A DNA stretch of 64,000 bases from an uncultured bacterium (GCA_964392895.1 CAYMRL010000002.1:436295-500294), one strand, 5' to 3'. Shown: positions 32,444 through 45,577, counted from the first letter of the stretch. Notes: a model not told the origin generated them from the letters alone. Program-made: numbers and translations.

Positions 32444-32459
32444 GGCGAGAGGTGAAGTC

Positions 32460-34292
32460 GTGATCATCCCTCGCAGCAACGACAAGAAGAAGACGTCCGA
32501 GCCGAGAGGAGCGGCCCTTTCGCGGCGGAGACCAGCTCTGCTGTTGGCGGCGGTGCTCGCGGCCGCCACACTGCTCGCACACGCTGGCGCTCAAGCCGGC
32601 GAGAGCGGGGCCGGGCCGGCCGTCGCTGAGGCCGTTGTCTATCAACTGAGCCAGGGCGGTGTGGCTCTCGGCGACGTCGGCGTCGCTGTCAGCGAGACGG
32701 CGGAGGGCTTCCGCTCAGAGTCGTGGGTCGACCTGCCCGGCCTGCTCAAGTTCGACGACGTCCTGGTGACCGGACCCGACGGCGCCGCCGTCAGCTACCA
32801 GCTCGCCGGCGTGGTCCAGGGCATCGACGTCGCGATGAGCGTGACTTTCGACACCGAGGGAGCGCACGCCGAGCTGACGCAGGCGGATCAGAGCGGCTCG
32901 TTCTCGGTCCCGTCAAGCGAGCCGCTGTACGTCTTCGACAACAACCTCGTGGATGGTCTGCAAGTACTCCTCCATGTCGCGTCCAGGAGCCCCGAGGCGC
33001 CACTCGACGTCGCGATCATCGTGCCGCAGGCGGGAGCGTTGGGGCGGGTTCAGGTCGGCATCCGCAGCGGGCCCGCCGGCGTCTCGGAGGTGGAGGCGGT
33101 CGGCCGCAGTGTGAGCGCGCGCGGGGCCGACGTCGTCATGCAGGTCGGGCCGCAGCGGCTCGAGTTCGAGGCTTGGATCGACGAGGACGGCGTCCTGGTC
33201 GCGCTCGACCAGCCGGTCGGCGCCGTGCGCTATGCGCGCCGTTACGACCTGTCTCGTGGGGCGCAAGGTGGCACCGGCGGAGGCCCGCTGCCGGTGAACG
33301 CGGCCGAGGAGCTCATCGCTGCCACCTCCGAGTGCGTCGAGACGCGCGAGCTGAGCGTGGTCTCGACCGGCACAACCCTGCGCGGCGTGCTGTCCCTGCC
33401 GCGGCAAGCTTCCGTGGCGCCCACCGGGTCCGGTGCGCCGACACTCGTGCTGCTTCCCGGCAGCGGCGCGGTCGACCTAGACGGTAACGCAGCGCCGCTG
33501 ATAGGCAACTCCGGCTACCACCAACTCGCCAACGCCCTCGGTTGCCACGGCTACGGCGTGCTGAGGATCGCCAAGCTCGGCATCGCGCCCTCCAGCGGCG
33601 ACGCCAACGACGTCACCCTCTCCACCTACGCCCAGAACACCCGCGACTGGCTCGATCTCCTGGCCGCCACACCCGGCGTCGACCCCGCCAGGCTCGGCCT
33701 GATCGGCCACTCCGAGGGTGGCCTGATCGCCCTCTACGCCGCCACCGAGGGCTACGTCGAGCCGGCCGCGCTGGTCCTGATCGCCACGCCGGGTAGGCCG
33801 TTGGACGCGCTGCTGCGAGAGCAGCTGCTCGCCTCTCTGGTTCGCGCGGGGACCGACCAGGAGGCGCTGGCAGCCTACGCGGGGCAGATCGACGAGCTGC
33901 TCGCCGCCGTGAGGGCCTCGACCGGGACCGCCTTGGACCTGAGCGGCGACCTGGCCGACAACGAGTTCGCGCCTCTGTTCGCGCCCGTCGCCGGCCTGCT
34001 GCGAAGCGAGTTCGAGGTCGACCCGGCCGAGCTCGCCAGCCGCGTGCGCGCCCCGACGGTGGTGATCCAGGGTCTCAAGGACGTGCAGGTGCTGAGGGTC
34101 GACGGGGCCGCGCTGGCCGCCGCGCTGCCTGCTGCCTTGCACCTCGAGCTCGCCGACCTGACGCACAACCTCGTCGACACCCCTCTGGCCGCCGAGGCGA
34201 TGCTGTTGCCGGGCCGCGACGCCGTGATCTCGCAGACACTGGTGACGGCGTTGGCGACGTACCTGCACGGCTCGCTCAAGCTGGCGCGTTGA
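32460..34292 (+). CDS. Secreted alpha/beta-hydrolase fold protein with an N-terminal beta-rich domain
   Basis: Signal peptide (LLLAAVLAAATLLAHAGAQA), nucleophile elbow GHSEGG in the C-terminal half, and a proposed GTG start at 32460. Confidence 0.6.
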   Translation: MIIPRSNDKKKTSEPRGAALSRRRPALLLAAVLAAATLLAHAGAQAGESGAGPAVAEAVVYQLSQGGVALGDVGVAVSETAEGFRSESWVDLPGLLKFDDVLVTGPDGAAVSYQLAGVVQGIDVAMSVTFDTEGAHAELTQADQSGSFSVPSSEPLYVFDNNLVDGLQVLLHVASRSPEAPLDVAIIVPQAGALGRVQVGIRSGPAGVSEVEAVGRSVSARGADVVMQVGPQRLEFEAWIDEDGVLVALDQPVGAVRYARRYDLSRGAQGGTGGGPLPVNAAEELIAATSECVETRELSVVSTGTTLRGVLSLPRQASVAPTGSGAPTLVLLPGSGAVDLDGNAAPLIGNSGYHQLANALGCHGYGVLRIAKLGIAPSSGDANDVTLSTYAQNTRDWLDLLAATPGVDPARLGLIGHSEGGLIALYAATEGYVEPAALVLIATPGRPLDALLREQLLASLVRAGTDQEALAAYAGQIDELLAAVRASTGTALDLSGDLADNEFAPLFAPVAGLLRSEFEVDPAELASRVRAPTVVIQGLKDVQVLRVDGAALAAALPAALHLELADLTHNLVDTPLAAEAMLLPGRDAVISQTLVTALATYLHGSLKLAR

Positions 34293-34307
34293 CCGTGGAC
34301 GACGCCC

Positions 34308-34532
34308 GTGCCTGAGCGCAAGCGCTTCCTGCTCCGGCTCGACCCGCGCCTCTACGGTGCGCTGGAGAAGTGGGCGGCCGACGAGTTGCGCAGCGTCAAC
34401 TCGCAGATCGAGTTCTTGCTGGGCGAGGCGGCGAAGCGGGCGGGGCGGGCTCCGAAGGGCGCCGCCGAGTCGGTTGCCGCCGATCGGCATGCGGCCGAAG
34501 AGGCAGGTTCAGCCGAGACCGAACTGGACTAG
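34308..34532 (+). CDS. Ribbon-helix-helix (Arc/CopG-like) DNA-binding protein
   Basis: 74 aa with [34 protein letters not shown], the beta-strand plus two-helix RHH pattern. Confidence 0.5.
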   Translation: MPERKRFLLRLDPRLYGALEKWAADELRSVNSQIEFLLGEAAKRAGRAPKGAAESVAADRHAAEEAGSAETELD

Positions 34533-34638
34533 CCGGGGCGGGCGCCGGTCAGTGGGGAGGGCGTATACTCGAAGACGTTCCACAATCTGGCCTCGCGATC
34601 TAGGGCGTACCTGCCCGACGTGAGGATAGGGAGGCGCA

Positions 34639-35721
34639 ATGAAACGTCGCGAGTTCCTGAAGAAGGCCGGTGCGGCCGCGGTCGGTGCCGGCTTGTCGCC
34701 ACTGATGTTCGCAAAGGCGCAGAACTCTCAGACCTACCGCTGGGGGATGCCGACCTCGTGGCCGGTTGGGCTGGACACTCTCCACGGCGGAGCGCAGAAC
34801 TTCGCCACCTACGTCAACGATCTCTCACAGGGCCAGATGCAGGTGGAGGTACATCCAGCGGGCTCTCAGATCGGGGCGCTCGAGGTATACGACGCCGTTG
34901 CGTCCGGTGCGTTCGAGTTGGGTCACACCGCCTCCTACTACTACCTCGGCAAGACGCCGGCGCATGCGTTCTTCACCTGCGTGCCGTTCGGCATGACGGT
35001 TGACCAGATGAACGCCTGGGTGTACACCGGCGGCGGCCAGCAGTTGTGGGACGAGCTGAACGCCCCCGATGGCTTGGTCGGTTTCCTGGCGGGAAACACC
35101 GGCGCGCAGATGGGGGCCTGGTTCAACAAGGAGATCAACTCGCCGGAAGACTTGCGAGGCGTGTCGTTCCGAACCGCGGGCCTCGGTGGCCAAGTGTTGG
35201 CCGCAGCCGGCGTCAACGTTCAGACGTTGCCGGGCGGCGAGATCTTCCTAGCACTCGAGCGCGGCGCCATCGATGCCGCCGAATGGGTCGGTCCACACGA
35301 CGACGAGATCCTCGGGCTTCACCGCGCCGCGAGCTACTACTACGGCCCTGGTTGGGCGGAGCCGGGCGCGGCGTTGTGCGTGTACGCCAACCTGGATGCG
35401 TTCTCAGCACTGCCCATGCACCTACAGCAGACGATCAGGATCGCTGCCAAGGCGGCCAACGTCCAGATGGCTTCTGACTACGCTGCCAAGGACCCTGCCG
35501 CCTATCAGCGCATCCTCGCTGCCGGCGCCCAGCCGCGGGTCTTCCCCGATTCGGTGTTGGCGGTTCTCCACGACAACTGGGTAACCATCAACGACAACCT
35601 GCGTAACACTAACGAGGGCTACCGGCGCATCTCCGACTCCGCCACGACCTTCCTGGACGCCATCAGGCCGTTCGACCGCGGGAACCGGCACGCTTTCCTC
35701 GAGTTCGTCTACGGTCGCTAA
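34639..35721 (+). CDS. TRAP transporter substrate-binding protein (DctP family) with a Tat signal
   Basis: MKRREFLKKAGAAAVGAGL twin-arginine signal; the DctP-family fold is conserved throughout. Confidence 0.8.
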   Translation: MKRREFLKKAGAAAVGAGLSPLMFAKAQNSQTYRWGMPTSWPVGLDTLHGGAQNFATYVNDLSQGQMQVEVHPAGSQIGALEVYDAVASGAFELGHTASYYYLGKTPAHAFFTCVPFGMTVDQMNAWVYTGGGQQLWDELNAPDGLVGFLAGNTGAQMGAWFNKEINSPEDLRGVSFRTAGLGGQVLAAAGVNVQTLPGGEIFLALERGAIDAAEWVGPHDDEILGLHRAASYYYGPGWAEPGAALCVYANLDAFSALPMHLQQTIRIAAKAANVQMASDYAAKDPAAYQRILAAGAQPRVFPDSVLAVLHDNWVTINDNLRNTNEGYRRISDSATTFLDAIRPFDRGNRHAFLEFVYGR

Positions 35722-35753
35722 GACTCGGTAGTAACGAAGTAGCGCTGGTGTCG

Positions 35754-35786
35754 ACGTGGGGCGGCCGAGAACCGGGCGCCCCACGT
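35754..35786. terminator. Hairpin between the convergent dctP and dctM genes
   Basis: ACGTGGGGCG...CGCCCCACGT 10-bp perfect inverted repeat with a 13-nt loop. No clear T-tract. Confidence 0.4.
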
Positions 35787-35819
35787 ACGTCTGTACTCAC
35801 GGCTCGGACAGCGTCGCTC

Positions 35820-37184
35820 TCAGCGCGCGAGGCTAGGGAGCAGGTTGACGATGCCTGGGAACAGCGCGACCAGGATGACGGCCAACAACTGGATGGCCAC
35901 GAAGGGGATGACGCCGCGGTATATGTGCGACGTCTGTATCTCGGGTGGCGACACACCCTTCAGATAGAACAGCGCGAACCCGAACGGAGGCGTCAGGAAC
36001 GACGCTTGGAGGTTGATGGCAACGAGGACACCGAACCATAGCATCATGTCTGCCCCGAAGAACTGAGAGGCGATTGGCGCCACCAGTGGCACGACGATGA
36101 ACGTGATCTCGATGAAGTCGATGAAGAACCCGAGCAGGAAGATCACCAGCATCGTGAAGAACAAGAAGCCGAAGGCCCCACCCGGCAGGGTGAGCAAGAA
36201 CTCGTCCACCACGCGTCCGCCACCGAGCGCTGTGAACACCATCGAGAAGGCCGTTGCGCCTACCAGGATCATGAACACCATGCTGGTCAGCTGGACCGTC
36301 TGGTGCATGGTGGCCTTGAGGTTCGTCAGGTTCAAGCGGCGGTTGATGGCTGCGAGGACCGTCGCGCCCAAGGCGCCGGCGGCGCCGGCTTCGGTCGGTG
36401 TGGCGATGCCGAAGAAGATCGTGCCGAGCACCAGCAGGATGAGGATGAGCGGCGGGATCAGGCTCCTGAGCACTTTGAGCGCGAGCCGCCACCCGTGAGC
36501 TGTGCGGGCGTCCGCCGGCAGCGCGGGAGCTTGGTCGGGGTGTCGCCAAGCCACGAAGATGATCCGGATGATGTAGAGAACGGCCAACATCAAGCCGGGC
36601 ACGAAAGCACCAAGGAACAAGTCGCCGACCGAGACGCCGATCTGATCGCCGAGGATGACGAGCACGATGCTTGGAGGGATGATCTGGCCGAGCGTGCCGG
36701 ATGCCGCGATCACTCCTGAGGAGAGTCGCTTCGAGTAGCGGTACTTGAGCATGACCGGTAACGCCAACACACCCATCGTGACCACCGAGGCGCCGACCAC
36801 GCCCGTGGACGCCGCCAACAGCGCACCTACCAACACCACGCTTATCGCCAACCCACCACGTAAGGTTCCGAAGAGCATGCCCATGGTCTCGAGAAGGTCC
36901 TCGGCCAGCCCCGACTTCTCCAGCATCACGCCCATGAACACGAAGAACGGCACCGCGACTAGCGTGTAGTTGTCCATGATCGTGCCGAAGATGCGCTGCG
37001 GAAGGATGTTCAGACGCGCGACGTTGAAGATCGGGTCCCACGGCAGGCTCAGGCCGAGATAGTGGTTTAAGAAGTCCGATCCGATCATCGTGAACAGGAT
37101 CGCCGTGCCGCCAAGCGTGAACGCGACCGGGAACCCCGCCAGTAACAGCAGGACCACGGCCGCGAACATCCATAACCCGAGCAT
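35820..37184 (-). CDS. dctM: TRAP transporter large permease (DctM)
   Basis: Begins MLGLWMFAAVVLLLLAGFPVAFTLGG; about 12 TM segments. Its ATG overlaps the dctQ stop by 1 nt (CTGATG). The longer printed ORF upstream is a frame-shadow. Confidence 0.85.
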   Translation of the reverse strand: MLGLWMFAAVVLLLLAGFPVAFTLGGTAILFTMIGSDFLNHYLGLSLPWDPIFNVARLNILPQRIFGTIMDNYTLVAVPFFVFMGVMLEKSGLAEDLLETMGMLFGTLRGGLAISVVLVGALLAASTGVVGASVVTMGVLALPVMLKYRYSKRLSSGVIAASGTLGQIIPPSIVLVILGDQIGVSVGDLFLGAFVPGLMLAVLYIIRIIFVAWRHPDQAPALPADARTAHGWRLALKVLRSLIPPLILILLVLGTIFFGIATPTEAGAAGALGATVLAAINRRLNLTNLKATMHQTVQLTSMVFMILVGATAFSMVFTALGGGRVVDEFLLTLPGGAFGFLFFTMLVIFLLGFFIDFIEITFIVVPLVAPIASQFFGADMMLWFGVLVAINLQASFLTPPFGFALFYLKGVSPPEIQTSHIYRGVIPFVAIQLLAVILVALFPGIVNLLPSLAR

Positions 37185-37810
37185 CAGGTTCCGACCGGGC
37201 CGGCTGCGGGGGCGATTTCGCTTGCTTCGGTCGCCGTCGCGGGCTTGTCGTGCGGCGACCCGGAGTCCTCTCGCCCGCTCAGGAAAGCGATGTGGCGGAT
37301 CGTCAGGGACACCGCCTGGAGCAGGAGCAAAGCGAACGCGACGATGATCAGGGCCTTGATCGGGTAACGGGGCAGGCCACCAGGATTGGGGCTGACCTCG
37401 AGGGCCTGCCAGCTGCGCCTGACATAAGGAAGGCTGAAAACGATGCCTAGGACGAAGAACGGTACTGCCATGAGCCAGATCCCGAGCAGGTCGACGACAG
37501 CCCTCGTTCTTGCGCTCATGCGGACGAACAGGATGTCGACGCGTACGTGGGCGTCGAGGCGCCAGACCATTGCAGCGCCGAGCAAGAAGACTAGATCGTA
37601 GGAGAGCGTCTGCAACTCCAGGTAGAAGTTGCCGCTCATCTTCGCGATCAGCTCGCGTCCGACCAGCTTCTCGAGCGGCCCGTAGAAGTAGCGAGTCAGC
37701 ACGTTGTACACGCCGACCAGCACCATGAACAGGCTGACCCACCATGTCGCGCGACCGATGATACCGGTGACCTTGTCGATCAGAGCGGCCACCCATAGCA
37801 TTTGCTTCAC
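37184..37810 (-). CDS. dctQ: TRAP transporter small permease (DctQ)
   Basis: 4-TM protein (MKQMLWVAALIDKVTGIIGRATWWVSLFMVLVGVYNVLTRY) directly upstream of and overlapping dctM. Confidence 0.7.
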   Translation of the reverse strand: MKQMLWVAALIDKVTGIIGRATWWVSLFMVLVGVYNVLTRYFYGPLEKLVGRELIAKMSGNFYLELQTLSYDLVFLLGAAMVWRLDAHVRVDILFVRMSARTRAVVDLLGIWLMAVPFFVLGIVFSLPYVRRSWQALEVSPNPGGLPRYPIKALIIVAFALLLLQAVSLTIRHIAFLSGREDSGSPHDKPATATEASEIAPAAGPVGT

Positions 37811-37950
37811 TGCGCCTCCAGCCGCAGGGCGAAACCCAGCTAGTTGCCCAGGAGTTGGTTCGGATGCGGTTTGCCGCGCATCCTAACAGCCGGCGAAGGT
37901 GCAGTGACAAGCCCAGACCCATACCTGGGCGCCTGACGGCCGGCGTCTTT

Positions 37951-39075
37951 CTAGCGCCTTAGCCCTCGTAGGTACACGTCGACGTCTAGCTCATGAGCCG
38001 GCAGGTTCGTGTTCGGACGGAAGACCGGGGTGCCGTTGTCGACGCCGTGCAGGAAGTAGAGCCAGGCGAAGCCGTCATCCGTGTAGCGCACAGGGTCGAG
38101 CACCGCTCGCAACGCTGCGCGCCCCGGGTTGCCGATGGGTCCGTAGGGTAGGCCGGGACGGGTGTAGGTGTTCCACGGCGTGTCGACCCGCAAGTCGCCC
38201 GCCACGGCGTTGAGCTCCGGCATCGGCTTGCCGAGCCCGTACGCCACGGTCGGATCGGCCTGCAACGGCATCCCGAAAGCGAGCCGGTTGATGAACACGC
38301 CGGCGATGATGCCCATCTCGTCCTCCGCAGCCGCCTCGGCCTGAACGATGCTCGCCAGCGTCACCCAGCCGTGCACGTCGACACCGATCTCACCGAGCAG
38401 CGCGTCCAGCCCGTTCTCGGCACCGGGCACACCTGCCAGCATCGCGGGATCTTCGATGGTCGCCTCGAACGTGTCGACGAGCCACGCCAAGGCCGTCGCG
38501 GCGTCGGTTCCGACAGGCATGTCGTAGCCGGCGGGGAAGAGGTAGCCCTCGAGCCCCGCTCCTGTCGGCAGGTCGTCCGGTGCGACTTCAGGGCCCGGAG
38601 CGTCGACGATGGCCTGCAGTTCCTCCGCGGAGCCGACGCCGAACTCGGCCAATCTCGCTACCACCTCGACGGCGCGCCACCCCTCAGGGATGACGATGCG
38701 CACGGTTCGGGGTCTGCCGCCTGCGACCAGACGCTCCGCCAGTTCGGCGACGGACAGCGTCGGCGACAGGTCGTAGAGCCCCTCGCCGATCGAGTGGTCG
38801 AGATCCTTCAGACGTAGGTAGGTCGAGAACGCTCTGGCCGAACGCACCAGCCCGTGCTCCTCCAGCTCCGCCGCGACGCGCGAGGCACCCCAGCCCTGCT
38901 GGACCTCGAACTCGACGACCGACGGTGTCGATCCCGGCGCGGAGAGGAGGTAGTCGAGACCGAGCCAGCCACCGACGCCAAAGGCAGCCAGCAGCAGGAG
39001 TAGGGCGAGCGCCCAGCGTCCGCGGCGCCTACTCGGCTCCAGCTTGGCGGAGACGGTCTTGCCATCGGAGAGCAT
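37951..39075 (-). CDS. mltG: Endolytic murein transglycosylase MltG (YceG family)
   Basis: N-terminal TM anchor followed by the YceG domain (YLRLKDLDHSIGEGLYDL...VRIVIPEGWR). Confidence 0.8.
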   Translation of the reverse strand: MLSDGKTVSAKLEPSRRRGRWALALLLLLAAFGVGGWLGLDYLLSAPGSTPSVVEFEVQQGWGASRVAAELEEHGLVRSARAFSTYLRLKDLDHSIGEGLYDLSPTLSVAELAERLVAGGRPRTVRIVIPEGWRAVEVVARLAEFGVGSAEELQAIVDAPGPEVAPDDLPTGAGLEGYLFPAGYDMPVGTDAATALAWLVDTFEATIEDPAMLAGVPGAENGLDALLGEIGVDVHGWVTLASIVQAEAAAEDEMGIIAGVFINRLAFGMPLQADPTVAYGLGKPMPELNAVAGDLRVDTPWNTYTRPGLPYGPIGNPGRAALRAVLDPVRYTDDGFAWLYFLHGVDNGTPVFRPNTNLPAHELDVDVYLRGLRR

Positions 39076-39550
39076 CAGCCGGCACCACCGTCAGGGTCGG
39101 TCACGGGCTCGGCGCTGGCCAGCGCCCTCTGCAGGTACGACTCGAGGATCAGCACAGCCGAAGCCTCGTCGACCAGTGCCTTCTCCTGACGCTTCCCGCG
39201 CGGCAGCGCGCCGTCGGCGATACGCTGCCCGGCCAACTTGGTGGTCAGGCGCTCGTCCTCGTACTCGAAAGCGATCCCGGAGCCCTGCAAGCGCTGCTGC
39301 AGCACGGTCCCGAACGCTCTGACCCGAGCGGTCTGATCCGACGAGCTACCGTCGAGTCTCAGGGGCAGGCCCACCAGCACCAGCTTGGCCTGCTCGCGCT
39401 CGGCAGCCTCCAGCACGGCTTCGACGTCGGTCTTATTGCCGCGCCTGAGAATCGCGCCGCGTCCGAACGCCAAGCTGCCACCGGTCTCGCCGACCGCCAG
39501 CCCGATGCGGGCTGCGCCGACGTCCAGAGCCAGTACTCGGCGGTGAGAGC

Positions 39551-39554
<4 letters not shown>
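39075..39554 (-). CDS. ruvX: Holliday junction resolvase-like protein RuvX/YqgF
   Basis: VLALDVGAARIGLAVGE...KLVLVGLPLRLDGSSSD is the RNaseH-like YqgF fold. Confidence 0.8.
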
Positions 39555-42229
<2,675 letters not shown>

Positions 42230-42348
42230 TTGTCGGCGCTCCAGTCGTTACGAGACCCGCGCCGGCCGCCGTGCTCGTCGCGGCCATGAGTACGGGCGGC
42301 TGCACAGTATACCGGCGGCAAGCCCACGGACGATGGCAGCGGCGCGGT

Positions 42349-43515
42349 ATGTTTCGCGGGATGTCGACGAGCAGCGTCTTGTTCAAGCGCGAGACCCGGC
42401 GCGCGCTGTTCCTCGGGTTCGCCACGTTCATGCTCATCGGCGTCAGCAACACCCTTTACGGTCCCGCCTTCGCGCAGTTCTCCGAGCGCTACGGTGTCGG
42501 CATCGACTCGGTCGGGCTGCTCGTGAGCGCCCAGTTCGGCGGGGCGCTGCTGGCGATGCTGGTGTCGATCTGGTCCCTGAAGCGCCTCGGTTACCGGCGG
42601 CAGCTCGTCATGGGCGGCGTGCTCACGATCATCGGTGCGCTGCTGGTCACTCAGGCTCCCAGCTGGGGATTGGCGCTCGCAGCCGCAGCCATCGGCGGTT
42701 TCGGCACCGGTGGTCTGGTGGTGAGCGTCAACCTCTTCGCGGCTCGGGTGTTCCAGTCGGCGGCGTCGCCCGCTCTCAACCTGATGAACGCGGTGTTCGG
42801 GCTCGGGGCGATCTCTGGTCCTCTGCTCGTGGCTGTCACCTTCCCGCGGCTCGAGGTGCCGTTCCTGATCCTCGCAGCGTTAGCGGCCGGGGTCGTGGTC
42901 ATGGCTGCCGGCGTCGACGCCCCTGCCGTCCGCAGCCCGGCGCTCGGTGCCGCGCGCGTGCCGATCGCGCCGCTGTTGGGCTTCGCGTTCGTGATGTTCT
43001 TCTACGTCGCGACCGAGGTCGGCATCTCGTCGTGGGAGACCGAGCACCTCAGCGACCACTTCGGGACGGTGCGCGCCGCCGCGTTCACCTCACTGTTCTG
43101 GATCGCGATAACCGTCGGGCGGCTGCTCGCCGTGCCGCTGTCGTCGCGGATCCATCCGGGCAGGCTCGTCACGTTCTCGCTGGGACTGAGCGTGGTCGGG
43201 TTGATCATCGCTCAGGTGCCGGCGCTGGCGCCGCTCGGCTACGCGCTCGCCGGTCTGTTCCTTGCACCTGTGTTCGCCACCAACACGGCCTGGTTCACAC
43301 AGTCGCTGGGCGAGAGGGCCGAGCGGTACGCGCCGCTAGCTTTCGCCATCGGGAACTTGGGGCCGGTGTCGACGTCGCCGCTGATCGGTCTGGCGGCCTG
43401 GACTTACGGAACCGGAGCCATCCCGACGCTGCTCGCCGTGACGGCTGTGTGCGGCACCTGCGTTGCCGCCGGCTTGTTGGCTACCCATGGGCGCTGGTCT
43501 AGCGCTACGGAGTGA
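42349..43515 (+). CDS. MFS transporter
   Basis: 12 predicted TM segments with MFS loop motifs (GRLGYRRQLVMGG). The start is uncertain (Met at 42349 or 42361). Confidence 0.7.
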   Translation: MFRGMSTSSVLFKRETRRALFLGFATFMLIGVSNTLYGPAFAQFSERYGVGIDSVGLLVSAQFGGALLAMLVSIWSLKRLGYRRQLVMGGVLTIIGALLVTQAPSWGLALAAAAIGGFGTGGLVVSVNLFAARVFQSAASPALNLMNAVFGLGAISGPLLVAVTFPRLEVPFLILAALAAGVVVMAAGVDAPAVRSPALGAARVPIAPLLGFAFVMFFYVATEVGISSWETEHLSDHFGTVRAAAFTSLFWIAITVGRLLAVPLSSRIHPGRLVTFSLGLSVVGLIIAQVPALAPLGYALAGLFLAPVFATNTAWFTQSLGERAERYAPLAFAIGNLGPVSTSPLIGLAAWTYGTGAIPTLLAVTAVCGTCVAAGLLATHGRWSSATE

Positions 43516-43566
43516 CCGTGACTGGCAGCGTTCCGAGACCGACCTAGCGAGGCGGCGGGGAGCGAC

Positions 43567-44763
43567 CTACTCCCGCCTCCGGACCTGCGACAGCGCCGCT
43601 AGCACCACCAGTGGCGGCCCGAGACTGGACCAGGCCGCCGCCGGCAGCATCCAGAACCCCGCGAGCGCGGACGGCCATAGACGCGTCTGCGGTAGCAGCA
43701 GGAACACCATCACGGCCACGGCTCCGACCAACCAGCGGGGAAGCGCGAACGAGCTTCTAGAGAACACCTCGCGCGCCGCCGCGGCCAGCCCGAAGGTCAC
43801 CGCGCCGAGCAGGAACGCATGAAGCAGGAAGACCCGCAGACCCTGTTGGTCGACCCACTGCTCGCCCGCCGGGGTCGCCAACGTGAGCTCGACGACAGCC
43901 TTCAAAGCCATCAGGATCAGCGTGCCGCGGACCAGCAGCAGCGTCCCGCTGTCTAAGTCGGCACCGCGGGGCCATAGCCGCCACGCGAGCAGCAGCCAAG
44001 CTCCAGCGGCGACGAAACCCGCCGCGCCCTCGACCCCGCCCAGGCCGGCGGTGCCGTACGCATCCGCGAAGAGCCGAGCGAACGACCTGACCGTCAGTGC
44101 GACCGTCAACGACCAGGCTGCGGCGCCGCCGAACGAACCGGTACCCGACCCGACGGCAAGAGCCAGTCCGGCCAGCACCCCGATGCCGAACCAGCCGTCC
44201 GCGAACGCGGTCAGGAACAGGTCGACGTAGGCGGCCATCGTCACGGGGGTCAGGGCGCCGCCGGCACCCTCCTTGGCCAGCAGGACCGCGCCGAGGAACG
44301 CCACGAGGAGCAGCAGGGTAGCGCCGTCGAAGAGGCGCAGCGGCAGGTCGCGCCTCAGCCGCCACGAGCCTATGAGGTAGAGCACCGCGAACACGCACCA
44401 CACGACGCCGTTGACGCCGGAGGCCATCATCGAGAGCGGCAGCTCGCGGCCTAGCAAGGGGAGCAGGCCGTAACCGCTGAGCAGGAAGGGTGGGTACGAG
44501 AGAACACCACACAGCAGCGCAGCCAGGGCCACGCCGGTGCCACCTGGCAACTTCCGTCCGCGCCTGCGCAGGGCCTCGTCGGCGAGCAGCATCAGCACCG
44601 GCGTAGCCCACGAGAAGAACATCAGGTGGGAGTGCGCGTGCCTGATGTCACCTAGCAGCAGGCCGAAAGGTGCGCCGAGGTAGACGGAGAAGCGGAACAG
44701 CACGCCGGTCAGCGCCGCCACCACGAAGCAGGCCAGCGCCAGCCGCCAGACGAGCAGCCTCAT
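43567..44763 (-). CDS. Hypothetical polytopic membrane protein (about 12 TM, His-rich helix IRHAHSHLMFFSW; possibly NnrS-like)
   Basis: Long ORF, hydrophobic throughout, with a conserved-looking His cluster near the N-terminus. The family assignment is tentative. Confidence 0.4.
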   Translation of the reverse strand: MRLLVWRLALACFVVAALTGVLFRFSVYLGAPFGLLLGDIRHAHSHLMFFSWATPVLMLLADEALRRRGRKLPGGTGVALAALLCGVLSYPPFLLSGYGLLPLLGRELPLSMMASGVNGVVWCVFAVLYLIGSWRLRRDLPLRLFDGATLLLLVAFLGAVLLAKEGAGGALTPVTMAAYVDLFLTAFADGWFGIGVLAGLALAVGSGTGSFGGAAAWSLTVALTVRSFARLFADAYGTAGLGGVEGAAGFVAAGAWLLLAWRLWPRGADLDSGTLLLVRGTLILMALKAVVELTLATPAGEQWVDQQGLRVFLLHAFLLGAVTFGLAAAAREVFSRSSFALPRWLVGAVAVMVFLLLPQTRLWPSALAGFWMLPAAAWSSLGPPLVVLAALSQVRRRE

Positions 44764-44773
44764 GAGCCGACCC

Positions 44774-45577
44774 TCAGACCAGCGTGCGGCGGATACGCGA
44801 GCTGATCGTGTCGACGACGACGACGAACAGCACGATGACGATCAAGATGGCCGAGATCTCGGTCCAACGCCTGAAGGATAGCCGCTGCACGAGCATCAGA
44901 CCGATGCCGCCTGCACCGACCAGGCCGAGCACGGCGGCGGAGCGCAGGTTGATCTCGAAGCGGTAGAGCAGGTTGGAGAGGAACTCGGGCAGCACCTGCG
45001 GCACGACGGCGTAGATGAACACCTGGACCTGGTTGCCGCCGGCGGCGCGGATCGCCTCCATGGGGCCCTGGTCGATGCCTTCGATGACGTCGGAGAAGAT
45101 CTTGCCGAGGAACCCGATCGAGTGCAGGCCCATCGCCATGATCCCCGCCGTCGGACCCGGTCCGGCCGCGGCCACGAAGATGACTGCTAGCAGGATCTCG
45201 GGGAACGTCCGGACCGCGACGAGGATCGCCTTGCCGGGCAGCGCGAACGCGCGCTTGCCCAACAGGTTGCCGGAGCCGAGGAACGCCAGCGGAAAGGCGA
45301 GGATGCCACCGAGGGCCGTCCCGAGGATGGCCATGTAGAAGGTCTGCATCATCGCCCTGAACGCTTGCGGGAACAGCTCCGCCTGCGGGTTGACGAGGCT
45401 GCGCAGCAGCGCGGTCAGGTGGACCGAGACGCCGGTGCGGAACCTCGCCCAGCTCGGGTAGTTCATCGTCATGACCGCGACGACGAACAGGGCGATGGCG
45501 GCGATGAGCGCGATGACGATGAGCGCGCGTGCGCGGCGCTGCTCGGCGGGTGGGCGTGGGACCAACGCTATGCTCAC
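44774..45577 (-). CDS. phnE: Phosphonate ABC transporter permease PhnE (second copy)
   Basis: PhnE-like TM core and EAA region. The proposed GTG start at 45577 lies 8 nt after the upstream gene's stop, with a GAGGA RBS. The longer printed ORF overlaps the upstream gene. Confidence 0.7.
   Translation of the reverse strand: MSIALVPRPPAEQRRARALIVIALIAAIALFVVAVMTMNYPSWARFRTGVSVHLTALLRSLVNPQAELFPQAFRAMMQTFYMAILGTALGGILAFPLAFLGSGNLLGKRAFALPGKAILVAVRTFPEILLAVIFVAAAGPGPTAGIMAMGLHSIGFLGKIFSDVIEGIDQGPMEAIRAAGGNQVQVFIYAVVPQVLPEFLSNLLYRFEINLRSAAVLGLVGAGGIGLMLVQRLSFRRWTEISAILIVIVLFVVVVDTISSRIRRTLV

Noticed and set aside
35820-37922. 700-aa ORF suggesting a giant DctM.
   Set aside because: Its first 246 codons overlap dctQ in another frame with an Arg-rich nonsense translation. 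DctM begins at the internal Met (37184), coupled to the dctQ stop.
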